Positions 22,963-36,238 of a DNA stretch of 64,000 nucleotides are shown here, one piece after another (position 1 is the stretch's first letter; each line of letters begins with the position of its first letter). Origin of the DNA: Macrostomum hystrix (lineage: Eukaryota; Animalia; Platyhelminthes). The position numbers and the translations under genes were made by a program. The notes below the pieces were generated by a model, which made no database searches, was not told the DNA's origin, and saw only the letters and a program-made list of their open reading frames with translations. The stretch spans positions 124,001 through 188,000 of the forward strand of contig CATNEN010000018.1 in assembly GCA_950097015.1 (NCBI GenBank), given 5' to 3'.

Positions 22963-24407
22963 CTAAATGAACATACAAAACATAGAAATTAAAATCTTTT
23001 ATTTTAATCCCTTATCCCAGATCCCGAATCCTGAAGTCTGAATACTCAACAGCTTTCTTATTCCTTACCAAATATGCTCAAATGCTCAACCATTCAACTG
23101 AAGCCTGTTCCTGAATCAAAAAAGATCCCAAACCTCGTGACCCATCTCGAATGGGATTTGTTTAACAGGTTTATTCGCAGATTTATCAGAAAATTGCTTT
23201 CAGCAGCTGTTATCACCTGACCAAATAGCACTGGCTTATTTGCAATGTATTTTATGTCTATGGCTAAACCTATCTAAGCAGTGTGATTTTCTCTTCACTG
23301 TCCGTCCATGCTTCAGCTCATGCGGCTGCTTAAATGTTAATTAAACTGGCTGCTAACATTTGAGCAGTGTTGCTTTTTTTATTTCAAGCAGTCTTTTCAG
23401 AAGTTGCTGATCTTTACAAGGCCAATGATTTTAGTTTTGTTTTGTCATTGGCACAGCAGCTGCTATTGTTCAGTGAGCACCACTACACTTGTCTCAAAGG
23501 GCAATTCTGAGCACACTGTGAGCAGTCTCAGCTGCAGCCACCCCAGCCTCCTCAGATGCGGTTCAGGAGAGCCTTTGAAAAAGCATTCTCAAGCAGACAA
23601 TGAGTTGAGCACAGCTTAAATATATTCAGTTGTTAATGTATCAAGTTGTTAATAAAATATATAATTACATCAATTTGAATACTGTTGTTATCTAATTTAA
23701 ATGCCATATTCACCATGAGGCTCAAGTATGCTCAAGTATGCTCACTTCTTAACAATGTTACAGTAAGAATTTGCTTTGTATTTTTTATTTGAATTCAAAC
23801 GATTAACTTTGATATGGTGAATTTATCTTGCATGCTTTCATTCTACGCTTGTAATATGTAAGTCTGCTGTTTCTATGTGAGTATTCTCATCCAGCAGGGT
23901 GGGCTGCAGTTTTGTTGTTGTGCATAAGTGGCAGGTTGGCATGCAAGACAAGCTCAAAGACTGCAGGTTTGGCTGAGCATTGCTTGCGTTAGATCGCTTT
24001 GGACAGACTGGAGTCTATTCTCAATCCAGCCTCTTCCTTCCCCTACTCTCGTCTCCGCGCAGTCCATTCCAGTCCCCGTGTTGGTCTCGGTTGCCAAGGG
24101 CCGCATATCGACCTCCTCCCTCCAGCAGGTTTGAGCAGTTTTGCACTCGGCCTGGAGCTCTCAGCGTGGCCCGCCTGACTGGCGCCCTTTGGCTGCGTTT
24201 TTACCTGCGGGAGGGTCTCATTGCTGTGCTGGGTTGGCGCCCAGATACTGAGTGTGCTCAAGTTAATTACAGCCTCAATTTCTGCTCACAGCTGGTTAAT
24301 TTTTCTGTCTCTCTTCAGCTACTGTTTTGAGCTCCTTTTTGAGGCCTGACTCAACATTCTCTCTGCCGTGCTGATGCTTTAGGATTGCAAAATTGAATTC
24401 TGGGATG

Positions 24408-25400
24408 TGAGGGGAGAAACAGACAGAGGTGAGGGGAGAAACAGACAGAGGTGAGGGGGAGAAACAGACAGAGGTGAGGGGAGAAACAGACAGAGGTGAG
24501 GGGAGAAACAGACAGAGGTGAGGGGAGAAACAGACAGAGGTGAGCGGAGAAACAGACAGAGGTGAGGGGAGAAACAGACAGAGGTGAGCGGAGAAACAGA
24601 CAGAGGTGAGGGGAGAAACAGACAGAGGTGAGCGGAGAAACAGACAGAGGTGAGGGGAGAAACAGACAGAGGTGAGCGGAGAAACAGACAGAGGTGAGGG
24701 GGGAGAAACAGACAGAGGTGAGGGGAGAAACAGACAGAGGTGAGGGGGGAGAATGAGACAGAGGTGAGGGGGGAGAAACAGACAGAGGTGAGGGGAGAAA
24801 CAGACAGAGGTGAGGGGAGAAACAGACAGAGGTGAGGGGAGAAACAGACAGAGGTGAGGGGAGAAACAGACAGAGGTGAGGGGGGAGAAACAGACAGAGG
24901 TGAGGGGAGAAACAGACAGAGGTGAGGGGGGAGAAACAGACAGAGGTGAGGGGAGAAACAGACAGAGGTGAGGGGGAGAAACAGACAGAGGTGAGGGGAG
25001 AAACAGACAGAGGTGAGGGGGAGAAACAGACAGAGGTGAGGGGGAGAAACAGACAGAGATGAGGGGGAGAAGCAGACAGACGTGAGGGGGGAGAAACAGA
25101 CAGAGGTGAGGGGGGAGAAACAGACAGAGGTGAGGGGAGAAACAGACAGAGGTGAGGGGGAGAAACAGACAGAGGTGAGGGGAGAAACAGACAGAGGTGA
25201 GGGGGAGAAACAGACAGAGGTGAGGGGGAGAAACAGACAGAGATGAGGGGGAGAAGCAGACAGACGTGAGGGGGGAGAAACAGACAGAGATGAGGGGGAG
25301 AAGCAGACAGACGTGAGGGGGGAGAAACAGACAGAGGTGAGGGGGAGAAACAGACAGAGGTGAGGGGGGAGAAACAGACAGACGTGAGGACAGAAGCAGA
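24408..25400. repeat. 22-24-bp minisatellite GAGGGG(GG)AGAAACAGACAGAGGT
   Basis: About 43 units. Confidence 0.95.
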
Positions 25401-26322
25401 CAGAAAGCAGTCAGCAAAAAGGCGGGAAAAGGTGAGAAAAAGCCATTAGTTTTGTTTGAGCACTCGATATTTTTTGGACTTGCAGCCTCAGAAATTATGG
25501 GGGGGGGCAGGTCACCACCAAAAAGCAGACTGGATTCTGCTCACATCGAGTTGAGCATGGCCCTGTCTGAGCACAATTAATCAGAGAGGCTGTAACTAAT
25601 GGGTCAGCCACCCCACTCCCATCCAGAGGCATTGTGCTGAGGGTTTTCCGAGCACAATGGGCAGTCACAGCTTCTAAAACTGCGGCCTGGGCAAGAGACA
25701 CTAACTGAGTTGGGCTGAGAATGAGTTATGTATTTTATGAGTTTGAGAACATTCAAAGCTATTGTTTAGAGAGCCACCGCTTCCTACCAGAGACCCTGTG
25801 CTCAAGGGGCTTCTGAGCACACTCAGTGCATTCTGTGGCATAGAAGCCGTGTTGCAAGCCGAGAAAATGCGGCAGAATTTTATTTCCAGACACCGAGTTG
25901 AGCACAGTTGAGTCACTGAACTCACTGAATTAAAGGGCCTTAGCAACACAATGAAGCTGAGACAGAGCTAAACTGGCTGCTCATTGTATGGGGTGCACTG
26001 GCTCTGAGCATGGTCCGCAGTTTCTGTACAATTCGCAGCCTCTCCTGACGGCCCTCCCCGCTCGGAGGCGAAGGCGCTGAGCCCGTGGCAGCAGCGGCCG
26101 CTCACACGTTGCCTCGCAGACTCCAGCTCGGGCCTGCCTTCTTCGACACAATGGGCCTGTGCGACTCACCCACCTCCCTCCGCTGTGATGAGGCTGCAGC
26201 TGCAGCCGTTCACAGACTCCACTCCTCTGCTCTCTATTCTCTGCTTTGACTGCTCGATTTGAGAATGGTCTCACATTGGATAAGCTGTGCAGGTGCATTT
26301 CCACCACAACTTCAGATTGATA

Positions 26323-27388
26323 GATGAGGGGAGAAACAGACAGAGGTGAGGGGAGAAACAGACAGAGATGAGAGGAGAAACAGACAGAGGTGAGGGGAGA
26401 AACAGACAGATGTGAGGGGGAGAAACAGACAGACGTTAGGGTGGAGAAACAGACAGAGATGAGGGGAGAAACAGACAGAAATGAGGGGAGAAACAGACAG
26501 AGGTGAGGGGAGAAACCGACAGAGATGAGGGGAGAAACAGACAGAGATGAGGGGAGAATCAGACAGAAATGAGGGGAGAAACAGACAGAGATGAGGGGAG
26601 AAACAGACAGAGATGAGGGGAGAAACAGACAGAAATGAGGGGAGCAACAGACAGAGGTGAGGGAGAAACAGACAGAGATGAGGGGAGAAACAGACAGAAA
26701 TGAGGGGAGAAACCGACAGAGATGAGGGGAGAAACAGACAGAGATGAGGGGAGAATCAGACAGAAATGAGGGGAGAAACAGACAGAGATGAGGGGAGAAA
26801 CAGACAGAGATGAGGGGAGAAACAGACAGAAATGAGGGGAGCAACAGACAGAGGTGAGGGAGAAACAGACAGAGATGAGGGGAGAAACAGACAGAAATGA
26901 GGGGAGAAACAGACAGAGATGAGGGGAGAAACAGACAGAGGTGAGGGGAGAAACAGACAGAGGTGAGGGGAGAAACCGACAGAGATGAGGGGAGAAACAG
27001 ACAGAGATGAGGGGAGAATCAGACAGAAATGAGGGGAGAAACAGACAGAGGTGAGGGAGAAACAGACAGAGGTGAGGGAGAAACAGACAGAGATGAGGGG
27101 AGAAACAGACAGAAATGAGGGGAGCAACAGACAGAGATGAGGGGAGAAACAGACAGAGATGAGGGGAGAAACAGACAGAAATGAGGGGAGAAACAGACAG
27201 AGATGAGGGGAGAAACAGACAGAGATGAGGGGAGAAACAGACAGAAATGAGGGGAGAAACAGACAGAGATGAGGGGAGAAACAGACAGAGATGAGGGGAG
27301 AAACAGACAGAAATGAGGGGAGAAACAGACAGAGGTGAGGGAGAAACAGACAGAGGTGAGGGAGAAACAGACAGAGGTGAGGGGAGAA
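26323..27388. repeat. 22-bp minisatellite, expanded relative to 725..1070
   Basis: About 48 units versus about 15 in the other copy. Confidence 0.95.
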
Positions 27389-28015
27389 AAGTTTCAAAGC
27401 ATGCAGAGGAGAATCTGAGAAAAGACTCAATTGTGTTGTTGCCAGGCCAATAGAAATTTCTGTGCTCACTAAAAGTTTTCTTTTGCTCTCGCAGCCTCAG
27501 AAAATTTCAGTTTCACAGCACAATTATTCGGAGGCTATAACCAGCCGCCAGCCACCCCATTAGCAGCCAAAGGCATTGTGCTGAGAACTTCCGCAGCCGT
27601 CACAGCTTCTCAAGCTTTGGCCATAGCAACGGAAAAATTTGATCACTTTGAGTACAGTTGGTGAGTGCCTGCCTGCCCCCAGTCCGCTGCGCTTCTAATT
27701 AGGGTTTGGTGACCCCCAGTCCATGGACTGAACAGCTGACAGCAGACTTTGGAAGTCGCTGGCTGCACATCTGGCCCATCTAGACTGGGTGTCTTCTCCA
27801 TCTGCTCAAATCAGGATGCCAAAAAACTGTCTAAACCTCGCGGCAGTTGATGAAAGGTTAGTGAACCGAGTCAGCTTCACTTCACGGTGTCTCAAATTTG
27901 ATCCCAAATCCCGTTTCTGAACGGCAAACAAAAGCCGGCTAATCCCGAAACTCCGATAGCTGAACAGCTAACAGATTCCGAATCAGAACTCGATCTTACA
28001 GCTGGGCGAGAAACC

Positions 28016-28822
28016 GAGTCCTGAACCAACAGTCCTGAACCCACAGCCCTGAACCCACAGTCCTGAAACCACAGTCCTGAACCCACAGTCCTGAACCCAC
28101 AGTCCTGAAACCACAGTCCTGAACCCACAGTCCTGAACCCACAGTCCTGAAACCACAGTCCTGAACCCACAGTCCTGAACCCACAGTCCTGAACCCACAG
28201 TCCTGAACCCACAGTCCTGAAACCACAGTCCTGAAACCACAGTCCTGAACCCACAGTCCTGAACCCACAGTCCTGAACCCACAGTCCTGAACACACAGTC
28301 CTGAAACCACAGTCCTGAAACCACAGTCCTGAACCCACAGTCCTGAACCCACAGTCCTGAAACCACAGTCCTGAACCCACAGTCCTGAACCCACAGTCCT
28401 GAACCCACAGTCCTGAACCCACAGTCCTGAACCCACAGTCCTGAACCCACAGTCCTGAACCCACAGTCCTGAACCCACAGTCCTGAAACCACAATCCTGA
28501 ATCCACAGCCCTAAATTCACAATCCTAAATCCCAAATTCTGAATCCACAATCCTGAATCCACAATCCTGAATCCACAATCCTGAATCCACAATCCTGAAT
28601 CCACAATCCTGAATCCACAATCCTGAATCCACAATCCTGAATCCATATCCTGAATCCATATCCTGAATCCATATCCTGAATCCATATCCTGAATCCATAT
28701 CCTGAATCCATATCCTGAATCCATATCCTGAATCCATATCCTGAATCCATATCCTGAATCCATATCCTGAATCCATATCCTGAATCCATATCCTGAATCC
28801 ACAGCCCTAAATCCGCAGTCCT
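28016..28822. repeat. Compound 14-bp array (AACCCACAGTCCTG, then AATCCACAATCCTG, then AATCCATATCCTG)
   Basis: Direct inspection of the tandem units. Confidence 0.95.
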
Positions 28823-29680
28823 GAATCCGCGAATTTCAAAAACTAACTCAACGCCCCAACCAAAACATTTCAACTGCTCTCCTAACAGCTCCATTTCAAC
28901 CAGTGAAGCAGTGCAAACTCATTCACCATGGCAACCATCTCACACTGGGTGCATCATATTTCTGGGATCGTGAGAGCTCTCAATCAGGCTTAGGATCTGT
29001 GCTCAAAGTGCCAGAGGTGCCAGAGGACACGCGAACGGCTGTTCGCGTGTTTCTTCTTTAAGAAGCAACAATAACTAAAACCTGAAAGAAGTTCACTGAA
29101 ACGAGCCCATATTGTCTTTAGTTACTATACTTAAAATTATTTTAGGCCCAAATGTTTGGGATGGGAAATTGTGAATTTGCACGATTTTGCAAAAACTTTT
29201 TTCACAGTTCCGCACCTGAACTGTACAAAGATGGTCATATTTCATGTACAGATAATCGATTCATAAACAGTCCATCAACTTATTGCTTCAGAAAAATCCC
29301 CATTTGGCTTAAAACAATCCAGGATAGTTGCTATGACACTAGACCGCTTACATAACTCTGTTACTCATTGCAGCATGAGTTAAATTGAAAAACTGCCAAT
29401 CTGCCTAATGATTGAGGACAGGTATCATAATGAACTAATGCCTAATGAACTTCAGTCGCGTGTAAGATACATTTTAAGCAATCGCTTCAATCTGAAGATA
29501 CACATGGATTGCGGTTCAGCCCAGTTGGTGTGTTTGGTGTGAGTTCAGTAGGTGTTTTAGCTGCTCAATCAGCTGCACTTTGGAATATTTTTAACGGACA
29601 AACGGTCAATTGATGCCATGAACAGGCCTTTCAATTCCAAGGTAACGAATTGCTAAAAGAGTCATGTCACCAGGGTCCCA

Positions 29681-30053
29681 TCAAGCGAACGGATCGACGC
29701 ACTCGCACATCGCCGCGTTGATCCGCGCATGCGTCTCGGTCACATCGTCAATGCCCGATTCGTGGAATGCCCAAATTTCGGCCCTGTTGTAGAGGTCGCC
29801 GCTGTTCGGCTGTCCTGGCAGCCACACCTCGGCCAGGAAGGAGGCGTTGCAGGCGTGCCAGAACCACGTGCCGCTGGCGAAGCTGCCGATCCGGTAGCCG
29901 CCGACAAAGAAAGCCTTGCCAGAGTTCACGTTGGTCTTCATCCAGTGCAGGTGGTCCACCTCGGCTCTGTCGATGCCGTCAGCGAATTTCGTCAGTCCGA
30001 GCTGGGCCTGGCAGGTGGACAGTCCGGAAGACCAGCTGGCCACTGGGAACAGC
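29681..30053 (-). CDS. PAN/apple-C-type lectin gene, exon 2 (C-type lectin domain)
   Basis: Acceptor CCTTAAAG|G is in phase 2 with exon 1. The exon reads RLFPVASWSSGLSTC...FFVGG...WFW...WLPGQPN...IDDV...MCEC, the CTLD pattern. Confidence 0.85.
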
Positions 30054-30175
30054 CTTTAAGGTGGTGAGCAGTCATTGTGAGTTTCTAGCCATGGATTGGT
30101 GAGATCAGCGAAATCTCATGGTTGAAGCAGTTGATTTGGGACATCCGAAATAGCCTTCATTCATTCTGTTGACTT

Positions 30176-30329
30176 AGTTATGGTACCTGAGTTATGGTAC
30201 CTGAGTTATGGTACCTGAGTTATGGTACCTGAGTTATGGTACCTGAGTTATGGTACCTGAGTTATGGTACCTGAGTTATGGTACCTGAGTTATGGTACCT
30301 GAGTTATGGTACCTGAGTTATGGTACCTG
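30176..30329. repeat. 14-bp minisatellite GTTATGGTACCTGA in the lectin intron
   Basis: About 11 units. Confidence 0.95.
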
Positions 30330-30336
30330 AACAGAC

Positions 30337-30406
30337 CGGGGTGAGTGGCAGAGCGGTTTAGCGCGTCTCGCATCAAGGTCCCAGAATTCGACTCCACGGC
30401 GAGGCC
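30337..30406 (+). mobile_element. Decayed tRNA-derived element (SINE head or pseudo-tRNA)
   Basis: A-box-like GTGGCAGAGCGGTTTAGCGCG and B-box-like GAATTCGACTCC. It does not form a full cloverleaf. Confidence 0.4.
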
Positions 30407-30722
30407 ACATTCATTTGGGGCGCAGCGGCAGAGAGAAGGCTTGAGGCTTTGTGCACTTTCAGCACTTGAGGGCCAACTTCGAAGGCACAGTGAGAGTGAT
30501 CACTGCCTGACGATGAGAAAGTCAGGGCATATGTAGACACACTTGGCTGAGTGTGTACCTGCGTACAGTATCTGTGTGTGTGTGCTCAGGAGTCATGGGA
30601 GGCAGAATTGTCAGATTCGGGTCTTCCTTCGCCAAATGAGTTATGGTACCTTTACGAGCCCGCAGCCCTCCTGCGAATACAATTATTATTATTGTGGTAC
30701 CTGAACTGTCTGATTGCCTCAC

Positions 30723-31105
30723 CTGTAGACGGAGGTGAAGTGCCGGTCTCCGTAGCCGCCCGGACACAGCCGACCGTCGGACAGTCCGGGCAGGCGTCGC
30801 ACGAAGGCCCAGCCGAACTCGCTGCAGTTCTCGGCGTTGGCCCGATGGACGCAGCGGTCGAACTCGAACGTGCGGCAGTGGCCGGAGCCGGGGGTCAGGC
30901 GGAAGGCTCGGCAGCGGGCCGAGGAGCTGCAGGCTCTGGCGCAGTCCATCAAGCTGCCTGGCGCCACGTCTGCCTGGTCATGGACGAACTGAACCTTCAG
31001 GCACAGACGGATGAAGGACCGGCTGAATAGATCCATGGAACCGTCAGCGCTGAGTGAGCTTGTCCTTATGAGGAGTAACAGTTGCAACAGCAGTGATGGG
31101 GACAT
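30723..31105 (-). CDS. PAN/apple-C-type lectin gene, exon 1 (signal peptide plus PAN/apple domain)
   Basis: MSPSLLLQLLLLIRTSSLSA is a signal peptide, and DCARACSSSARCRAF...GHCRTF is the PAN pattern. The donor is TACAG|GTGAG. The spliced CDS is 383+373 = 756 nt = 251 aa. Confidence 0.85.
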
Positions 31106-32002
31106 GATTCGTTTTCTAGTTATTTGAATCAGATTCTTCTGCCTGCAGTCCAGTTCTGGCATGTGTTGTTCGCTCCGTGATTTTTGACAAGCATTTTAAG
31201 TTTTCGTGTTAAATGCATATTTTTGACAAATCTGATGATTCAACAACTCTGAGAGATGACTAAATTGGTTTTTTCAACAGCCCAGGCAAGTGAAGAGAAT
31301 CCATTTTAGTGATCTACTCCTAAGTTCAAGCACCAACCCACAGAATACACCAGAATGCTCAATCAGCTTCCAAATCTAAAGCCGAAATATAAAGCCATAG
31401 ACACTACTCCTGAGTGAAGAAGAGTTAAGTAGTACTAAAATTTGAGAAGTAGTCACCCTTTTGTATGTCTATTCAAGTTGCAACTTTTTATGGACAGAGA
31501 GGCCCGATTGTATATTTGCAGCTGTAGCGACATAAAAATGCAGATATTATTTCTGAGCATTCAACGCAAACTAGAACAGTTAAGAAACAGCAGAATGAGC
31601 AGCAGTTTAAGCAATGGGGTACGTGATATAGCTGTACATAAAAATGGAACATGAGATTTGCAAACTAGAACAGTTAAGAAACAGCAACATGAGCATCAAA
31701 CAACAGGCATCCTATACTTTAGCGGATAACAGGCGCCCCAGCTTTCGTTGTTCTGCTGAAGCTGTACTCGTACTCGGAGCTCCGCGCTTCCTGGCAGCTC
31801 GAAGTACTCGTAATGCCTGTTGAGCTTTGCACCAGTGATGTAACCGCAGGCGTGTGTACGAATGTGAGAGAGATGAAAGCCATTCATTTGTGTGCTCACT
31901 GTTGTGTAGATGAAGCTCAGTTGCAGCAGCTGCTTGTGCTGCAGGCTGGACTCTGGCACTGATACTGATTCCCTTCTGAATCATAATTCTGATGTCACGT
32001 AC

Positions 32003-32112
32003 CTTTCAGGACTGTTGATTGGAAACTTATGAAAACGAACTCCAGGTTGATTTCTATACGCATAGGATTTACAGCCGTATGATGCGCACTGCCGACGTGA
32101 GACTGTTGGCAT
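32003..32112 (-). CDS. First exon of a THAP zinc-finger protein (or remnant)
   Basis: MPTVSRRQCASYGCKSYAYRNQPGVRFHKFPINSPE matches CxxxxC...FHxFP, followed by donor AG|GTACGT. I did not find the downstream exon carrying W...CxxHF. Confidence 0.5.
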
Positions 32113-32483
32113 GGCACCACAGAGGCGTAAATCACTGGGCAGAATAAAGTAGCCGTCAGTCAAGTGCGATGCAGCAATACTGTATTCTGTGATTTATTCT
32201 AAGGAACGCAGGCAACTAAGCTGAGTTATTATACACTGGGCATCAAATAGATAGGATAGATGGAAGGAAAGACAAGCGAGAAACATAGTCTATGGCAAAA
32301 TCGATCTCAATACACTCGGGTTGATAAAAAAGCCAGCACTACTCGCAAATCACTTTGCCGTGTCTACTCTCTCAGTATAGAGGTAAGTCGGCCCGAATCT
32401 CCTCATGATTCGAGTTCCTTTCACTCGGCAGTCGGGAAGGCATGAAAGACGCAGCTAATGCAGGTGCTGAATTAGTGCGCCAG

Positions 32484-33479
32484 TCAGCAGGTCTCCGACT
32501 CCAGACCGCTTCCTCGGCTGCCCACCTGCGGCTCCTTGGCATTCTCCCTGCGCTGCTTTTTACGCTTTTTCCGGCCCTCTTTTCGTTTAGCAGGTCGCTC
32601 GTCTGACGCAAACGTCGAGGACGTCGCCGCTGCATCAACCGTCCGCAACCGTCGGAGCAGCTCATCGGCGCTGATCTGCATCTGCTCCACACTCACCTCC
32701 GCCACGGGGGCCGCCGCTGTCGGAGCTTCGCCCGAAGTCAAGCTGCCATCAGCCTCGATGATGAACACGGAGTCGTTGTCGCCGCTGGCCTCAGTTGACG
32801 GCCTTCGTGAAGTCTGCGTGTCGCCAGTGGGAGAAGTGTCGTCCGAATCGCTAAAGCGGACGTGATTCCTCTGGTGCTGATGGTGCTGATGCTTGTGCTG
32901 CGCTATGTCTCCCGAGCATCCAGACAGTGGCGACTCACTGCCGGTCGTGGACACCTTAAGCGAGGATTTTCGCGGGCGGGACAGATGCAGCCGCAGAATG
33001 GCCGCCTCGATGCTCTGGTCGAGCCGCTCCTCGGACCAGCTGCGCGTCACCATGATCCTCACCCGGCCGCCGCCGTTGCGGCTTCGATCACCGTCGCCGG
33101 CGATGCCGTTCTCGGCCAAGTCGCCGACTCGCACGGTTGACTTTCTTAGAAACAGTCTCCGCAGGCAGCAGCCGCCGTTGTCATCGCCGCTGGTGTCTCC
33201 GAGACGCTGACGACTCCGGCACCGAGTGCTGATCAGCAAGCTCGCCGCAGTGCCGCCCATCAGGCAGCTGGCGGTTGTCAGGGCGACGCCGACGCCGATC
33301 TCGGGCGTTGAACACCGCAAAGATCCGAGGACCCACAGAGAGGCGCCAGCAGCTGCGGCTAGCAGAGACGCGGCAAGCAGGGCTGCCAGGCAAGCATCTC
33401 GATTCCCTCGGCTGCTGACATTCTCGTCAGCTTCAGGACAGCAACAGCAGCAGCAGCTTGCCGATGCCGGCAACGACAT
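32484..33479 (-). CDS. Single-exon membrane protein, 331 aa, two predicted TM helices, Cys-rich N-terminus, disordered C-terminus
   Basis: GC-rich non-repetitive ORF from MSLPASASCCCCCC, with hydrophobic segments CLAALLAASLLAAAAGASLWVLG and IGVGVALTTASCLMGGTAASLLI. I do not recognise the family. Confidence 0.6.
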   Translation of the reverse strand: MSLPASASCCCCCCPEADENVSSRGNRDACLAALLAASLLAAAAGASLWVLGSLRCSTPEIGVGVALTTASCLMGGTAASLLISTRCRSRQRLGDTSGDDNGGCCLRRLFLRKSTVRVGDLAENGIAGDGDRSRNGGGRVRIMVTRSWSEERLDQSIEAAILRLHLSRPRKSSLKVSTTGSESPLSGCSGDIAQHKHQHHQHQRNHVRFSDSDDTSPTGDTQTSRRPSTEASGDNDSVFIIEADGSLTSGEAPTAAAPVAEVSVEQMQISADELLRRLRTVDAAATSSTFASDERPAKRKEGRKKRKKQRRENAKEPQVGSRGSGLESETC

Positions 33480-33851
33480 GCAATTTGGCTGACAAGCGGG
33501 CAGCCAGGCAGTTTTTGTGCTCAATAACTTAGTTCTGAGCTGGCAGAAGTATTCCACTGGGCCGTGCAGGAGATAGGAGGCATTTATACGGATTCGCTGC
33601 ACATGCAACGCCCCGTGTCTCTAGTTGTGCTGCCTCTCCGTCTGCCCGCATTCTGATTGGCCAGCAGATTCTGATTCTGATTACTTCTTTTACTCGATGC
33701 AACCAATGGGATTGTCGCTTGGCGGCTTGTGCACTAAATAATTGGGATATTGTTGGGGAAAACCCTGTGCCCTGAGTATCTCCGCCCCTTTTATTGCTCA
33801 TTTTCTTAGATTTATTTTCTAATTAATCGATAAACCCATCAAAGAACGTCT

Positions 33852-34165
33852 ATGTCTTAGCCCTACACATGAAACCATCTGTGATTGGACACCCTGTCTT
33901 AGCCATACACATGAAACCATCTGTGATTGGACACCCTGTCTTAGCCATAGAATGAAACCATCTGTGATTGGACACCCTGACACCCTGTCTTAGCCATACA
34001 CATGAAACCATCTGTGATTGGACACCCTGTCTTAGCCATACACATGAAACCATCTGTGATTGGACACCCTGTCTTAGCCATAGAATGAAACCATCTGTGA
34101 TTGGACACCCTGTCTTAGCCATACACATGAAACCATCTGTGATTGGACACCCTGTCTTAGCCATA
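33852..34165. repeat. 42-bp minisatellite GTCTTAGCCATACACATGAAACCATCTGTGATTGGACACCCT
   Basis: About 7-8 units. Confidence 0.95.
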
Positions 34166-35314
34166 GACATGAAACAGTGGACACATTGGACACCCTGCCG
34201 AGTGATATATAGTACAAAATAGGCTTACAGAAGGACAGCTTGCATACTCTGTCCGACCTGGAGTATTGTAGCATGTCGCATAATCTGAGTAGGAAGGCTC
34301 AACCAGACTCAAAGATTTCAGATCGATAAGGCTGAGAAGAAAGAAATTTGATCTACAAAAGGCGGATGAAACGAAAGTAGACAGCAGAGCACAGAGCAAA
34401 TAGTGATTGATCTTCAATAAAGTGCAACAAGTTAAAAATGGGAAACAGCTTGGGCCGCGGTTCGTTAGCTGCCTGTGCAAAAGTACTAAAATAACCTTGC
34501 TTTTCGGTCAGTGAGTTGAGACTGCTCTGGTTGGACTCGAGCCTAGCCCTGTCTCATTAGGACCCGCCGTGAGCATGAGAGGAAGCAATACGTGAGTTGG
34601 GGTGCGTGAATTCGCCTGTGTGAGTTTTTGCGCCCAGTGCGATTCGTCAGTAGAGCACATTTGATTTGAGCAGTGGTGCTCAACTATAACTAGCCAGCTG
34701 GTGTGAGACATTGCCGCGTGTTTTCTTTAACGAAGGAATTTTGATTCGCCTGCCCTGGGGACTGCCCGCAGGCAAGACACAAATGTACTTTTGTGAATCA
34801 CAATCTGCGCTTCAGTCAGCAGTAAATTGGCTCCTCGTAGGTTAAAGCTTATAGGACTTCAGCCTGAGAGTCCTGACGATCAGATTTCACTGCTGGTGCT
34901 CAACAACTGTCTTATTTTCTCTTCAATTCGTGGCGGCAGACCGAAAATTATTAAAGGTCATGACGACGGTTACGATTTTTTCTGTCGATTGATTATTTAC
35001 TAATTAATTTCTTTTCAATGGTCAGTCTGCGTCTTTTGACGGGGGTGCATCAGTTTCTCGGGATGTTTTGTGTCTCACTGCAATGCCCAGCAAATCGATG
35101 GACTCTGGGCCTGACCTAAATTTGAGTCGCCTGTCGCGCTCAGCTCAGCTATCGACTGGCGTAATCACATGGTTGCCATGGTAACACTGCGCTTACCTGT
35201 TGATAGAAATGTTAGATGCTCACCATCGATTCAGGCCGAGTTATTTTGCATTCGATCTAGAAAGACTCACCTGGAGATTGAACAGCCAAAAACTCATGAA
35301 CATCTACAATTTAT

Positions 35315-36238
35315 CTCTACCAAGCAGTCTCTATACCAATGTGTGTACACTAGCTCATCTGCATTCTATCCCTACCAAGCAGTCTCTATACCAATGTGTG
35401 TACAATAGATCATCTGCATTCTATCCCTACCAAGCAGTCTCTATACCAATGTGTGTACAATAGATCATCTGCATTCTATCCCTACCAAGCAGTCTCTATA
35501 CCAATGTGTGTACACTAGCTCATCTGCATTCTATCTCTACCAAGCAGTCTCTATACCAATGTGTGTACACTAGCTCATCTGCATTCTATCTCTACCAAGC
35601 AGTCTCTATACCAATGTGTGTACACTAGCTCATCTGCATTCTATCTCTACCAAGCAGACTCTATACCAATGTGTGTACACTAGCTCATCTGCATTCTATC
35701 TCTACCAAGCAGACTCTATACCAATGTGTGTACACTAGCTCATCTGCATTCTATCCCTACCAAGCAGTCTCTATACCAATGTGTGTACACTAGCTCATCT
35801 GCATTCTATCCCTACCAAGCAGTCTCTATACCAATGTGTGTACACTAGCTCATCTGCATTCTATCCCTACCAAGCAGTCTCTATACCAATGTGTGTACAC
35901 TAGCTCATCTGCATTCTATCCCTACCAAGCAGTCTCTATACCAATGTGTGTACACTAGCTCATCTGCATTCTATCCCTACCAAGCAGTCTCTATACCAAT
36001 GTGTGTACACTAGCTCATCTGCATTCTATCTCTACCAAGCAGTCTCTATGCCAATGTGTGTACACTAGCTCACCTGCATTCTATCCCTACCAAGCAGTCT
36101 CTATACCAATGTGTGTACACTAGCTCATCTGCATTCTATCTCTACCAAGCAGACTCTATACCAATGTGTGTACACTAGCTCATCTGCATTCTATCCCTAC
36201 CAAGCAGACTCTATACCAATGTGTGTACACTAGCTCAT
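35315..36238. repeat. 55-bp minisatellite CTACCAAGCAGTCTCTATACCAATGTGTGTACACTAGCTCATCTGCATTCTATCC
   Basis: Period is 55 (35317, 35372, ...), about 17 units. Confidence 0.95.

Larger units (their letters stand above)
25599..29015. repeat. Segmental duplication block X, copy 2 (mosaic of 1..1970 and about 3560..4095)
   Basis: Unique spacers are near-identical. 28800..29012 matches 3880..4093, then similarity stops abruptly at GTGCCAGAG. Confidence 0.85.
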
